DNA of 64,000 nt, taken from an uncultured Alphaproteobacteria bacterium (GTDB lineage Bacteria > Pseudomonadota > Alphaproteobacteria > Rhizobiales > Xanthobacteraceae). The notes under the pieces are model-generated. The model saw only the letters and a list, made by a program, of their open reading frames with translations, was not told the origin of the DNA and ran no database searches. Position numbers and translations under genes: made by a program. The stretch's first letter is position 1. The number at the start of each line of letters is the position of its first letter. The stretch is taken from the NCBI GenBank assembly GCA_963717265.1, contig CAVQWD010000011.1, positions 5,105 to 69,104 of the forward strand, in the 5' to 3' direction. Shown here piece after piece: positions 20,290 to 29,578 of this stretch.

Positions 20290-21583
20290 TTAGCAGTTGA
20301 GCCGGATGGCGACCGAACGGGCATGGGCGTCGAGCCCCTCCGCCCGGCCCAGCGTGATCGCGGCGCCGCCAAGCGCGCGCAATTGTTCCGGCCCGCACTT
20401 GAGAATGGACGTGCGCTTCATGAAGTCGAGCACGCCGAGGCCCGAGGAGAAACGCGCCGAACGCGCCGTCGGCAGCACGTGGTTGGAGCCGGCGACATAA
20501 TCGCCGATGGCTTCGGGCGTGTGTGGGCCGATGAAAATCGCGCCGGCGTTGCGGACGCGCTGAGCGAGCCAATCGCCGTCGGCCGCGGCGATCTCCAGAT
20601 GCTCGGGCGCGATGGCGTCGACGAGCGGCACGGCTTCGTCGAGATCGCGCACCAAGATCACCGCGCCGAAATCGCGCCACGACGCGCCGGCGACTTTTTC
20701 GCGCGGCAATTGCGCAAGCTCGGCCTCGACGGCGCGTTCGACCGCGGCGGCGAGGTTGGCATCGTCGGTGATCAGGATGGCCTGGGCGCTGGCATCGTGC
20801 TCGGCCTGCGCCAACAGGTCGGCGGCGATCCAGTCCGGGTTGGCGTCCTTGTCGGCGACGATCAGCACCTCCGACGGGCCCGCAATCATGTCGATGCCGA
20901 CCTTGCCGAATACCATGCGCTTGGCGGCGGCGACGTAGGCGTTGCCCGGCCCCACGATCTTGGCGACCGGCGCGATTGACTCGGTGCCATAGGCCAAAGC
21001 GGCAACCGCCTGGGCGCCGCCGATGCGGAAAATCTCATCGACGCCGGCGAGTTTTGCCGCAGCAAGCACCAGGGGATTGAGCTTGCCGTCTGGAGCCGGC
21101 ACCACCATCGCGATGCGCGGCACGCCGGCAACCTTCGCCGGCACCGCATTCATCAGCACTGAGGACGGGTAGGCAGCGGTGCCGCCAGGCACGTAGAGCC
21201 CGACCGCCTCGATGGCGGTCCAGCGCGAGCCGAGCTCGACGCCGAGCGCATCGATGAAACGATCGTCTTTCGGCAGGCTGACGCCGGTGGAAAGCTTCAA
21301 TCCGGTCGCGGGCGAATTCCAGCGCCGCGAGCGCCTCGCCGGAGCAGGCGCCGAGCGCCGCGGCAATCTCGTCCGCCGCGACCCGCATCGGCACCCGGTC
21401 GAGATCAAGCCGATCGAATTTTCGCGTCAAATCGCGCAGCGCCCGGTCGCCGTGCGCGGCGACATCGGCGATGATGGTGCGGACCGACGCTTCGACGTCA
21501 GCCGAGGTTTCGCGCTTGGTGTCGAGAAAAGCGCGGAAGCTTTCGGCAAAATCGCGGGAGCGCGTGTCAAGGCGGATCGGCAT
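20290..21583 (-). pseudogene. hisD: Histidinol dehydrogenase HisD, +1 frameshift (probable assembly artefact)
   Basis: N-terminal MPIRLDTRSRDF...ARDRIEAFHRRQ in one frame continues as LPKDDRFIDALGVELGSRWTAIEAVGLYVPGG...to the stop in another. Extra base in cagCCtg (plus-strand gg 21266-21267). Confidence 0.9.
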
Positions 21584-21626
21584 GGTATCGACCAATGTGC
21601 TGATGAGGCCTATCAGCACTTTGATA

Positions 21627-21643
21627 TTATAACAATTCTAATA
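21627..21643. promoter_or_regulatory. Candidate iron control element (Irr box)-like motif
   Basis: ATTATAA-CAA-TTCTAAT matches 11/14 positions of the Bradyrhizobium ICE TTTAGAA-N3-TTCTAAA. It sits in an AT-rich island between hisD and the cupredoxin-FTR1 pair. Confidence 0.3.
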
Positions 21644-21723
21644 TACGTCTTTTTGATTGACAAAAAGTCCGCCATTCCCCAACTCCTGCCTGTGTTCTAC
21701 TCACCCGGACAGGCGGCTAACCG

Positions 21724-22101
21724 ATGATGACTCGACGCAGATTCAGGGGACACGGCTCGAAACTCGCAACAGGTATGGCGGCTGCGGCGCTGTTGGCGCT
21801 GGCGCTGATCGCAGGCCCGGGCGCCGCCCGCGCGCAGAACGCGGTGTCACTTTCGATCACGATCAAGAATCACGAGTTTGATCCAGCCGAACTCCATGCG
21901 CCGGCCGGTAAACAGATCGCGATCCACGTCAAGAATCTCAACTCGGCCGTGTCGGAATTTGAAAGCAGCGCGCTGCACTTCGAGAAGATCGTACCAGCGG
22001 GCAAAGAGGCCGTAGTCTATGTCCGTCCGCTCAAAGCCGGTCGTTATAAGTTCTATGATGACTTCCACCGCGCGACCGAGGGCTATCTGGTCGTACCGTA
22101 A
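21724..22101 (+). CDS. Periplasmic cupredoxin-domain protein
   Basis: Tat/Sec-like leader MMTRRRFRG...AARA. Single cupredoxin-like beta domain (ITIKNHEFDPAELHAPAGKQIAIHVKNLN...YKFYDDFH). Confidence 0.75.
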   Translation: MMTRRRFRGHGSKLATGMAAAALLALALIAGPGAARAQNAVSLSITIKNHEFDPAELHAPAGKQIAIHVKNLNSAVSEFESSALHFEKIVPAGKEAVVYVRPLKAGRYKFYDDFHRATEGYLVVP

Positions 22102-22163
22102 AGCTCTTGCCGGAGATGCACGGCGCGAGCGTGTTGTCATGAGCGTCTTGTCTTGAGGTCTGC

Positions 22164-22991
22164 ATGCTTGCCTCGCTGCTGATCGTCTTTCGCGAAGTCT
22201 TCGAGGCCGGGCTGATTGTCGGCATCGTCATGGCTTGTACGGTCGGCGTCCGGGGTCGCGGCTTTTGGGTTTCCGGCGGCGTCCTCGCCGGCGTGCTGGG
22301 CGCCTGCATCGTGGCTTTGTTTACTGGTGTCTTGTCACAGCTATTCGGCGGCAGCGGCCAAGAAGTGTTCAACGCCGGCATTCTTGCCTTCGCCGTGTTG
22401 ATGCTGACCTGGCACAATGTGTGGATGGCGCGGCACGGCCGCGAACTCGCCGCCGAACTGCAGGCAGCCGGCGAGGCAGTCGTTTCCGGCTCGAAATCGC
22501 TGTTCGCGCTCGCCGTGGTAGTGGCGATCGCGGTGCTGCGCGAGGGTTCCGAAGTCGTGCTGTTTCTTTACGGCGTGGCCGCCGCGCAAGGGGGTGCCAG
22601 TTGGGGTATGTTGGGTGGCGGCATCGTCGGGCTCATTCTCGGCTCGCTGGTCTGCCTGATGACCTATCTCGGTCTCATCACCATCCCGAGCCGTTATTTA
22701 TTCAGCGTCACCAGCACGTTGATCGCATTTCTCGCCGCCGGACTCGCCGCGCAGGCGATCGCCTTCCTCGAACAGGCCGACATCGTCACCGCGCTTGATC
22801 AGACGGTGTGGAACACCTCGTGGATATTGAGTGATTCGAGCTATCTGGGCCGCGCGCTGCACACGCTTATCGGCTATGTCGATCAGCCGACCGCGATGCA
22901 ACTCCTCGTCTATACGACGACGCTCACCGCCATCGCCGTGCTGATGAAGCTGTTCGCCGCACCCGCGGCACGGCAGCCGCGAACGGCCTGA
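22164..22991 (+). CDS. FTR1-family high-affinity iron permease
   Basis: Two REXXE motifs (REVFEAG, REGSEVV) in a polytopic membrane protein. Confidence 0.85.
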   Translation: MLASLLIVFREVFEAGLIVGIVMACTVGVRGRGFWVSGGVLAGVLGACIVALFTGVLSQLFGGSGQEVFNAGILAFAVLMLTWHNVWMARHGRELAAELQAAGEAVVSGSKSLFALAVVVAIAVLREGSEVVLFLYGVAAAQGGASWGMLGGGIVGLILGSLVCLMTYLGLITIPSRYLFSVTSTLIAFLAAGLAAQAIAFLEQADIVTALDQTVWNTSWILSDSSYLGRALHTLIGYVDQPTAMQLLVYTTTLTAIAVLMKLFAAPAARQPRTA

Positions 22992-23056
22992 ACGAAGCGC
23001 CGTCCGCGTTCGGCACGCGTTTCAGGCTGGCGGCGCAGCGCAGCCGCACTAACGGC

Positions 23057-23530
23057 TTACGCCGCTGTCGGCCCGACGGCAAAGTGGTTCGGGCACGTCG
23101 CCGCGACAAAAACCTCGCCGAGGTCGGCAAGCTCGGCCTCGAGGCACTCGACTTCGAGACGAATGATCCCGCCCCCGGAAAACGTCATGGTGACGACGCC
23201 TGCCGGCGCGTCGCGCTCGGCGTATTCGACGGCGAGCAAGTTAAGCTGCGCCTGCGTGTTCGACTGGTCGAGATTGCGACATTTGCAGCTCAGCACGCGC
23301 TCGAAGCGAAGCGCGGTCCGGCAGCGGCGATAATCCGGCTTACCATCGGCCTGGGCCCCGGCTGCCGTCAACCAGTCGAAGCGGTTGAGCGCCATGACGA
23401 AGCGATGCTCCCGCGATTGCCAGAAAATATCGGCGACTCTGACAATTGCGTCCTGCAGGTGGGCTGAAACCACTTCGATATCGTCGCGATCAAGCGCGAC
23501 GAGTTTAAGCTCATCGATATTCGGCTTCAT
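23057..23530 (-). CDS. DUF2948 family protein
   Basis: LKLVALDRDDIEVVSAHLQDAIVRVADI...ALNRFDW...LRFERVLSCKCRNLD...IRLEVECLEAELADLG matches my recollection of the family. Confidence 0.75.
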   Translation of the reverse strand: MKPNIDELKLVALDRDDIEVVSAHLQDAIVRVADIFWQSREHRFVMALNRFDWLTAAGAQADGKPDYRRCRTALRFERVLSCKCRNLDQSNTQAQLNLLAVEYAERDAPAGVVTMTFSGGGIIRLEVECLEAELADLGEVFVAATCPNHFAVGPTAA

Positions 23531-23658
23531 GCGTAGCCGCTCCCCACTATCAACGTTTTGAAGCTAGGAACGCCGTCCACTGCGTGCAAGACCCCAAGGG
23601 TCGCCGCGCTGACATTCTCGGCGCGGCGCGCCAAGCCTCACCGGGGTGCCGCAGCCAG

Positions 23659-24096
23659 CTAGAACGAAACGCAGGCCGACTGCACGATGATTCCGACCGA
23701 GCGTTGGCGGAATTGCCGTTTGTACGCTCGGACAATGGCGTCGAGGCGGGCTTCGTCGTCCTGACCGCCCGGCAGCACGATCTCGACCTTCTTGCTTCGC
23801 TCCCGCACGATGTCGCCGTTTCCAGGGTCGCGCCATTGGCCCGCCGCGTCGGTGACGGTCAAACCGTCGGGAAAGCGCGGCGTGATTTCGCGCCTGACGA
23901 AGCGCATCCAGGCGGACTCGCTCACGCCGGGGCGACCGGCGATATCGCGGCCGAACATGAGTTCGGCGATTTCCTTGCGCTGCAGCCTGCCATGGCAGCC
24001 AGGCTCCTGAGCCTGGACGCCGGTCGAGGTGACGACGGCCGCGAGCGGCATCGCAGCCAAGATTCCAGCCAACAGCGTTAGGCAGGGAATGCGCAT
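23659..24096 (-). CDS. Secreted DUF3574-like protein
   Basis: Signal MRIPCLTLLAGILAAMPLAAV, then ELMFGRDIAG...WMRFVRREITPRFPDGLTVTDAAGQW. Confidence 0.55.
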   Translation of the reverse strand: MRIPCLTLLAGILAAMPLAAVVTSTGVQAQEPGCHGRLQRKEIAELMFGRDIAGRPGVSESAWMRFVRREITPRFPDGLTVTDAAGQWRDPGNGDIVRERSKKVEIVLPGGQDDEARLDAIVRAYKRQFRQRSVGIIVQSACVSF

Positions 24097-24550
24097 GCTT
24101 CAGGTACCGGGATCATGTGCCCGACAATCCGGGCGAGCTGCGGTGCCAAACGAGCGGCACAGCAGAACAATCCGACCCGGCTTAATGACGATACCGCTCC
24201 GGATCAACGTCCGTATTCTGCTCCTGCAATTATCTGCAGCCCCCCTGGAGTGGGCCGTTTGCCAGGCGGACAACCCGGTTCATGTCAGGCCCGGCATGTG
24301 AATAGACCACCGCCGCTTGACCGGCAGCGATCCGCGGCGGACAAGATTTGCAATCCGGTGCGCCGGAGCCGCTCCGATTCCGTGCGCCGCACTGCCCGCG
24401 CAACCGGCGCCGCCTGTTCATCGTATTTGATTGGAACGTTCACCGGCCGCCAAAACGGCAGCGGCGGGGTCTTATGCGGTCGCTGATCAGATCAAAGCGC
24501 TCCAACTGCCGCCGCCACGGTAGCGTGGAGATGCTCCGAGGCGGCGAATC

Positions 24551-24583
24551 GGGGCAAAACGGGCCGGGCCGGGTCGGGCCGGG
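24551..24583 (+). repeat. G-run cluster (GGGCC-type microrepeat, G-quadruplex-capable)
   Basis: ggggcaaaacgggccgggccgggtcgggccggg: six G3-4 runs separated by 2-6 nt, inside a ~650-bp stretch with no convincing CDS. Confidence 0.5.
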
Positions 24584-24761
24584 CGCGAAAGATGTATTTG
24601 CGTCCCTGCTCATATCTTGTTAAGGCGTTTCTAACAAATCTTGTGCACCGCCAAATCCCGGGGTGGCTCGACTGCAACAAGCATGTTCTATAAGCTACAT
24701 TTTTGCTTTTCTTTCGCTCCCGCAAGGGATACAACTTGCCTGCATTTGAATGGGAGGTTCT

Positions 24762-24938
24762 ATGGCTAAGAGGACAAAGAAGCGGCGCGCGTGGACTTCA
24801 AGCGAAGTTCGTGAGCTGAAGACTATGGCGAAGAGGAAGACTCCGGCGTCGAGGATCGCCAAGAAGTTGAAGCGGACTGAAGGCGCGACGCGGCAAAAGG
24901 CGTTCAGCATCGGACTTTCGCTCAATTCGCGTTCCTGA
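24762..24938 (+). CDS. Small basic hypothetical protein (58 aa)
   Basis: ATG 24762 is preceded by GGGAGG. Non-shadow amino-acid composition (MAKRTKKRRAWTSSEVRELKTMAKRKTPASRIAKKLKRTEGATRQKAFSIGLSL). A hairpin follows downstream. Confidence 0.5.
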   Translation: MAKRTKKRRAWTSSEVRELKTMAKRKTPASRIAKKLKRTEGATRQKAFSIGLSLNSRS

Positions 24939-24975
24939 CCTTTTCCCAGAGTTTTTTCTTTTCGAGCGCATTGGG

Positions 24976-25006
24976 CGCCGACCGATGTCGCAGACATCGG
25001 TCGGCG
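24976..25006 (+). terminator. Hairpin downstream of small ORF (possible terminator)
   Basis: Perfect 14-bp stem cgccgaccgatgtc-gca-gacatcggtcggcg. The T-run (catttttgttt) starts 9 nt after the stem, so it is not a textbook intrinsic terminator. Confidence 0.4.
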
Positions 25007-25294
25007 TTGCTGCGCATTTTTGTTTCCCGTTTGGTGGACCGTGCACGCTTCCTTTACGGGCGGGCCGGACCACTCTCCGGAACGCGCTTTACCCTCGTTC
25101 CGGCACCAATCGGAATTAGGAATAATGTCCACACGGCTGGAGTCGAGCCGCGCGCTGGCCGGTGAAGCCCGCCGCATATCGCCATAGAATTTCACCCGCT
25201 TCGATGCTACCCAGCCCAGGGGGCCGTGACCGGCACAGCCGCGGCGGCGCCGGCCGCATTGACCGACGAGAACAATTGCATTGGGACGAAACAC

Positions 25295-26122
25295 ATGGGC
25301 CAGATCGTTGCCGGGTTCGGCATGCCGCACAATCCGGGTTCGCCCGCCGTGGTGCTTCGCGACGGGGCGCAATGCGAAACGGCGCGCTATTACGCCGAGA
25401 TAGCGAAGCAGATCGCGGCCGTCGCGCCGGATGTGCTGATCATCTTCACCGACGACCACTTCAACACCTTCTTTCTCGATAATTTTCCGACCTTTGCGAT
25501 TGGCGTCGCTGAAACGACAGCCGGCCCCAATGATCAGACGCCGATGCCGCGCTATAAGGTTGCGGTGCCTGGCGCGCTGGCGGCTCATATCCGCAACAGC
25601 TCGATCGAGCACGGCTTCGATCTTGCGCTGGTGCAGGATTTCGAGGTCGATCACGCCGTCATGGTGCCGCTGCACTTTCTGACGCCGGACATGAAAATTC
25701 CCGTGCTGCCGATCTTCATCAACTGCCTGGCACCGCCCCTGCCTACAGCAAGCCGCTGCTTCGCGCTCGGGGAGGCGGTGCGCGCTGCGGTCAACGACTG
25801 GCCCGAGCCGCTGCGCGTTGTGGCGATCGGCAGTGGCAGCTTTTCGCTGGAGATCGGCGGCCCGAAAATTCCAGTCGGCCCGCGCGCTGCCGGCACGCCC
25901 GACCCAGGGTGGTCCCAGCACGTGCAGGATCTCCTGCATGAAATGCGCGTCGACGACCTGATCACCGAGGCTACTCCGGCGCGAATGTTCCGCGCCGGCA
26001 ATATTGGCGGCGAACTGCTCAACTGGATCGCGCTGCTTGGCGTCATCGGCGCGCGCAAGCCCGTCAACATCCTGCCGCAGAACGATCATGGCCAAGCCTT
26101 TGTGGCATGGCGGTGGAACTGA
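25295..26122 (+). CDS. Class III extradiol dioxygenase catalytic subunit (LigB/gallate dioxygenase-like)
   Basis: MGQIVAGFGMPHNP...IIFTDDHFNTFFLDNFPTFAIG...DHAVMVPLHFL. Start at MGQIV. Confidence 0.8.
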   Translation: MGQIVAGFGMPHNPGSPAVVLRDGAQCETARYYAEIAKQIAAVAPDVLIIFTDDHFNTFFLDNFPTFAIGVAETTAGPNDQTPMPRYKVAVPGALAAHIRNSSIEHGFDLALVQDFEVDHAVMVPLHFLTPDMKIPVLPIFINCLAPPLPTASRCFALGEAVRAAVNDWPEPLRVVAIGSGSFSLEIGGPKIPVGPRAAGTPDPGWSQHVQDLLHEMRVDDLITEATPARMFRAGNIGGELLNWIALLGVIGARKPVNILPQNDHGQAFVAWRWN

Positions 26123-26139
26123 GCGGAGCGCGTAAAACC

Positions 26140-26415
26140 ATGAGCGTTTATGCCGTCAACAAGCTTTGCCGCGACGCACTTCACGACCTCGCCTTTCGCG
26201 AGGCGGTCAAGCGAGATCCGGCCGCCGCCGTTGCTTCGCGCGATCTCACAGATGAAGAACGCACAGCGCTTCTCGCCGGCGACGTCGCCAAGCTCTACGA
26301 GCACGGCTGCCATCCGTTCCTGCTCGCGTATCTCACGCGCTGGAACCTGTTCGGCCTTACGCCCTTGATCTACACCCAGCGCATCCAGAAGGCGCGCGAC
26401 GAACGCGTTCAATGA
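26140..26415 (+). CDS. LigA-like small subunit of class III extradiol dioxygenase
   Basis: 91 aa, MSVYAVNKLCRDALHDLAFREAVKRDPAAAV...LTDEERTALLAGDVAKLYEHGCHPFLL, 18 nt after the LigB-like gene. Confidence 0.65.
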   Translation: MSVYAVNKLCRDALHDLAFREAVKRDPAAAVASRDLTDEERTALLAGDVAKLYEHGCHPFLLAYLTRWNLFGLTPLIYTQRIQKARDERVQ

Positions 26416-26561
26416 CGCTCCCGCCGGTGTCCGCGCGGGCCAAACGGTGTGGGATTACCTCGCCGCATACGGCATGACGATGTCGAATGGATAGCTGTCG
26501 GCCTTGGCCGCGATCTTCGGCTTTGTCCTGGTGGCGCAAGGTCACGATGACGGGGGCAGGT

Positions 26562-27401
26562 TCACCCCGCCTGCTTCCGGTAAGCGTCGATGATTTCCGA
26601 TCCGGTAGCAAACCAGACGTTGCGATGCGAGGCGATGTAGGACAGCGCCCGATCCAGCGTGCGGATGCGGTGCGGCACCCCGATCAGGAAGGGATGCAGC
26701 GCGATCGCCATCACGCGTGCGTTGCGCGCGCCCTCCTCGTAGAGCACGTCGAAGCTTTCGCAGATGCGGCGATAGAACTCATCGATAGCGATGCTCGGCA
26801 TGTTGAATAGCGGCATGTCGTTGAGTTCGATCGAATATGGAATTGAGAAGAGCCCGTTATTCATGCGGTAGGGCAGATCGTCATTGACCCAGTCGCAGAC
26901 ATAGTCGACGCCATGTTCACGCAACAGGCCGAGCGTCTGCCAGGTCTCGGCCAAGCCCGGACCGAGCCAACCTCGCATTTTCTGGCCCCATTGCTCGATG
27001 ATCGCGCGTGTCTCGGCAATGATGGCGGTCTCTGCTTCCTTGCCTAGTCCCGAGAGCAGCACGGAATTGGTCAGCCCGTGGCCCATCAATTCCCACTTGA
27101 GCCGCACCGCCTCTTCCATGATGCGAGGGTAGTGGCGGCCGACCTCGCCGTTGAGCGCGACCGTACCCCGCATGCCGTGCTTGGCCAGCACCTCCATGAT
27201 TCGCCAAATGCCGACCCGATTGCCGTAATCGCGCCGCGAGTGATTGCGGATGTCGGGCGGCTCGTTGCCGATCTCGATATGGAAGTGCTCGATGTTCGGA
27301 ATCACCCACACCGCGATTTGCGCGCCGTGCGGCCAATTGATGCGTGGCCGGTCGACAATCGCCTGGTAGGGGAACAGGGAAAAGGGTCCGGGATCCGCCA
27401 C
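26562..27401 (-). CDS. Polysaccharide deacetylase (PuuE/allantoinase-like) family protein
   Basis: INWPHGAQIAVWVIPNIEHF...YGNRVGIWRIMEVLAKHGMRGTVALNG...MAIALHPFLIG. Confidence 0.8.
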   Translation of the reverse strand: MADPGPFSLFPYQAIVDRPRINWPHGAQIAVWVIPNIEHFHIEIGNEPPDIRNHSRRDYGNRVGIWRIMEVLAKHGMRGTVALNGEVGRHYPRIMEEAVRLKWELMGHGLTNSVLLSGLGKEAETAIIAETRAIIEQWGQKMRGWLGPGLAETWQTLGLLREHGVDYVCDWVNDDLPYRMNNGLFSIPYSIELNDMPLFNMPSIAIDEFYRRICESFDVLYEEGARNARVMAIALHPFLIGVPHRIRTLDRALSYIASHRNVWFATGSEIIDAYRKQAG

Positions 27402-27419
27402 GGCTGTGGCCTCCGCTGT

Positions 27420-28460
27420 TCAGGCGCTTCGTGCCAGCCGAGCCTCGCCGCCGATCGGCGGCAACAGCGGCATGACGCGTTCTTTGAATATTTCCAAACC
27501 CTGCAACATCGGATGGAAGCCGATCAAGAACAATTCCACCCCGATCTCTTCGAACCGCCGCATGCGCTCGGCGATCAGTTGCGGCGTTCCGACCAGGCAG
27601 GCGCCAAGGCCGCGCGACGCCGTCGAGGAAACGCGGTCGCGCTGTCCGTAGGCTTCAAGATCGTCGGCGCGCGCCTGCGCTTCGGCAAGCGTATCCGCGC
27701 AGATGACGTGCGCGTTGATGCCGAATGAAAGCTTGCGGCCGAACCGGCTCGCGCGTCCCGCGAGATCGGCGACCTCGCGCCTGATGACGGCGAAGTTCTC
27801 CTCGTAGCGCCGATAGTCAGCCTGGTAGTTCACGAACCACAGGTCGCAATGTTTGGCGACCACGTCCTTGCCGGCATCGGTGCGGCTTGCGGTGTAGATC
27901 GGCGGATGCGGGGTGCGCACCGGCTTGGTCGCGAGCGTCGCGTCATCGGCCCGGTAGAACTCGCCTTGAAAGGTGAAATGATCCTCCGTCCACAGCCCTT
28001 TCATGACCTGAACAAATTCGTTCATGCGGTTGTAGCGCGCATCCGACGAGCCGATCCAGCCGCCATTGGTGTACAGCTCGAATTCCTTCTGGAACCAGCC
28101 ATTGACCACATTGACGACGAAACGGCCGCCGCTGATGCGGTCGAGCGTCGCGCCCATCTTGGCGGTGAGTTGCGGCGTCAGCATGCCAGGATAGACGGCG
28201 GGCATGATCTGAATGGTCTTGGTGCGAGCAATAAGCGCCGACGCCAGCATCCAGGCTTCGAGGTCGGGGCCGGAAAGGCGCTCGGCGATCAAGGTGATAT
28301 CGAAACCGTAAATTTCGCCCTTCGACACCACGTCGAGCGCGAACTGGAAGAACTTGTCGGGACTTTCGTCGCCGCGCGTGCCGACCTGGCGAATCCCTTC
28401 CTCGATCGCCGGCTCGGATCTGATTGTCGCCGGCAGCGGCGTCCATATGCCAAGGCGCAT
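27420..28460 (-). CDS. LLM-class flavin-dependent oxidoreductase
   Basis: LIAERLSGPDLEAWMLASALIARTKTIQIMPAV...LDRISGGRFVVNVVNGW. Confidence 0.85.
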   Translation of the reverse strand: MRLGIWTPLPATIRSEPAIEEGIRQVGTRGDESPDKFFQFALDVVSKGEIYGFDITLIAERLSGPDLEAWMLASALIARTKTIQIMPAVYPGMLTPQLTAKMGATLDRISGGRFVVNVVNGWFQKEFELYTNGGWIGSSDARYNRMNEFVQVMKGLWTEDHFTFQGEFYRADDATLATKPVRTPHPPIYTASRTDAGKDVVAKHCDLWFVNYQADYRRYEENFAVIRREVADLAGRASRFGRKLSFGINAHVICADTLAEAQARADDLEAYGQRDRVSSTASRGLGACLVGTPQLIAERMRRFEEIGVELFLIGFHPMLQGLEIFKERVMPLLPPIGGEARLARSA

Positions 28461-28472
28461 CGGCTCCCCCTG

Positions 28473-28640
28473 TTATGATGTTTCGACGCCAGCGCTGCGC
28501 CAGCGCAGAAAATGCTGCTCGATCTTCAAAAACGCACATTTGGTGATAAAGCCAAGGATGCCCAGGGTGAAGATGGCGGCGAACATGTCGGGAATGCGCA
28601 AGCTGCGCTGCCTATCGAGGGCGTGGCAGCCGATCGCAAC
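28473..28640 (-). pseudogene. Possible C-terminal remnant of a NitT/TauT-type ABC permease
   Basis: Only the last ~45 codons (ALDRQRSLRIPDMFAAIFTLGILGFITKCAFLKIEQHFLRWR) resemble the end of such permeases. The upstream part of the long ORF has no permease character and collides with the cupin gene. Confidence 0.3.
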
Positions 28641-29045
28641 GTGACGCGTCCATGGGCCGAAAAATACCTCGGCGAGGCTTTGCAATTCGACGATCGGCTG
28701 GGCCAAGACCCGCTCCGGTTCCGTAGACTTGGTGCGCGGCGATAGTGTTCGAGCAATGTCGGCAATGCAAGCCTCAGCCGCGCCGGCGGGCCGCGCTTCG
28801 AATTGATCGGCGCCGGATTTCCCGGCTGACGGAGGCGCAACAGACATGACGCTTACCCTGTCAAGCATCGAAGCGGCCATGCCGTTCACGGTGCCAGTTG
28901 GCATCGCGGTGCCCGGACAGGCCGATCCGGAGCTTGCCCACCGCCGCGGGCTTCCGCGGACCGGCGGATTGCAAAGGAGGAATTGCAGCAGTAATCTTCT
29001 GTTGGCGCGACAATAAAAATTGAGCGCGATCGAAGGGAGAGGGCA

Positions 29046-29555
29046 ATGTCGGACAAACCCAATTACCGGGTCAACAGGCGCGACGTTAAGATGAGCGAGC
29101 GCGTCGCCATGGCGGCGGTCGGCAATTCCGTGATCCGCGCGCAGAAGGTCCACGGCACCGACACCAGCATCATGTTCGCCGAACGCGCGTCGGGTTATCA
29201 CACCAGGCCGCACATGCACGATTGCGAGCAGATGAACTATATCGTCTCCGGCGAAATGTATTTCTTCGTCGACGGCCGCGGCTACCGCTGCAGGCTCGGC
29301 GACGTCATGCGCATCCCCCGCAACAAGGTGCATTGGGCCTGGAACCGGGGCAAAGACACGGCGGTCATCTTTGAATCGCATTCGCCGCCATTGCGCGACC
29401 GCGGCGGCGACGCCTATCCGTTGCTCGGCCCGGACGACGATCCGACCAAGGTCCAGCACATGCAGAATATCCTGGTCAAGTTGGATCAGGCTGAGGTCGA
29501 CGCGATCGAGGCGCGCGCCATCGCCGAAGAGGAAGGCCAGGAGGCCGCGGAATAG
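29046..29555 (+). CDS. Cupin domain protein
   Basis: GYHTRPHMHDCEQMNYIVSGEMYFFVDG...IPRNKVHWAW. GGGAGAGG lies upstream of the ATG. Confidence 0.75.
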   Translation: MSDKPNYRVNRRDVKMSERVAMAAVGNSVIRAQKVHGTDTSIMFAERASGYHTRPHMHDCEQMNYIVSGEMYFFVDGRGYRCRLGDVMRIPRNKVHWAWNRGKDTAVIFESHSPPLRDRGGDAYPLLGPDDDPTKVQHMQNILVKLDQAEVDAIEARAIAEEEGQEAAE

Positions 29556-29578
29556 CTCCGCCGGGCGCGGAGAAGGCG

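Noticed and set aside
24433-24457. GGAAC followed at N16 by AACG (possible EcfG promoter)
   Set aside because: The -10 element is AACG rather than CGTT, and no downstream gene is in the correct orientation.
24695-26095. 466-aa minus-strand ORF
   Set aside because: It is antisense to the LigB-like gene and the small basic ORF. Composition is Arg/Ala/Gly-rich and no family resemblance was seen. This is a typical high-GC shadow ORF.
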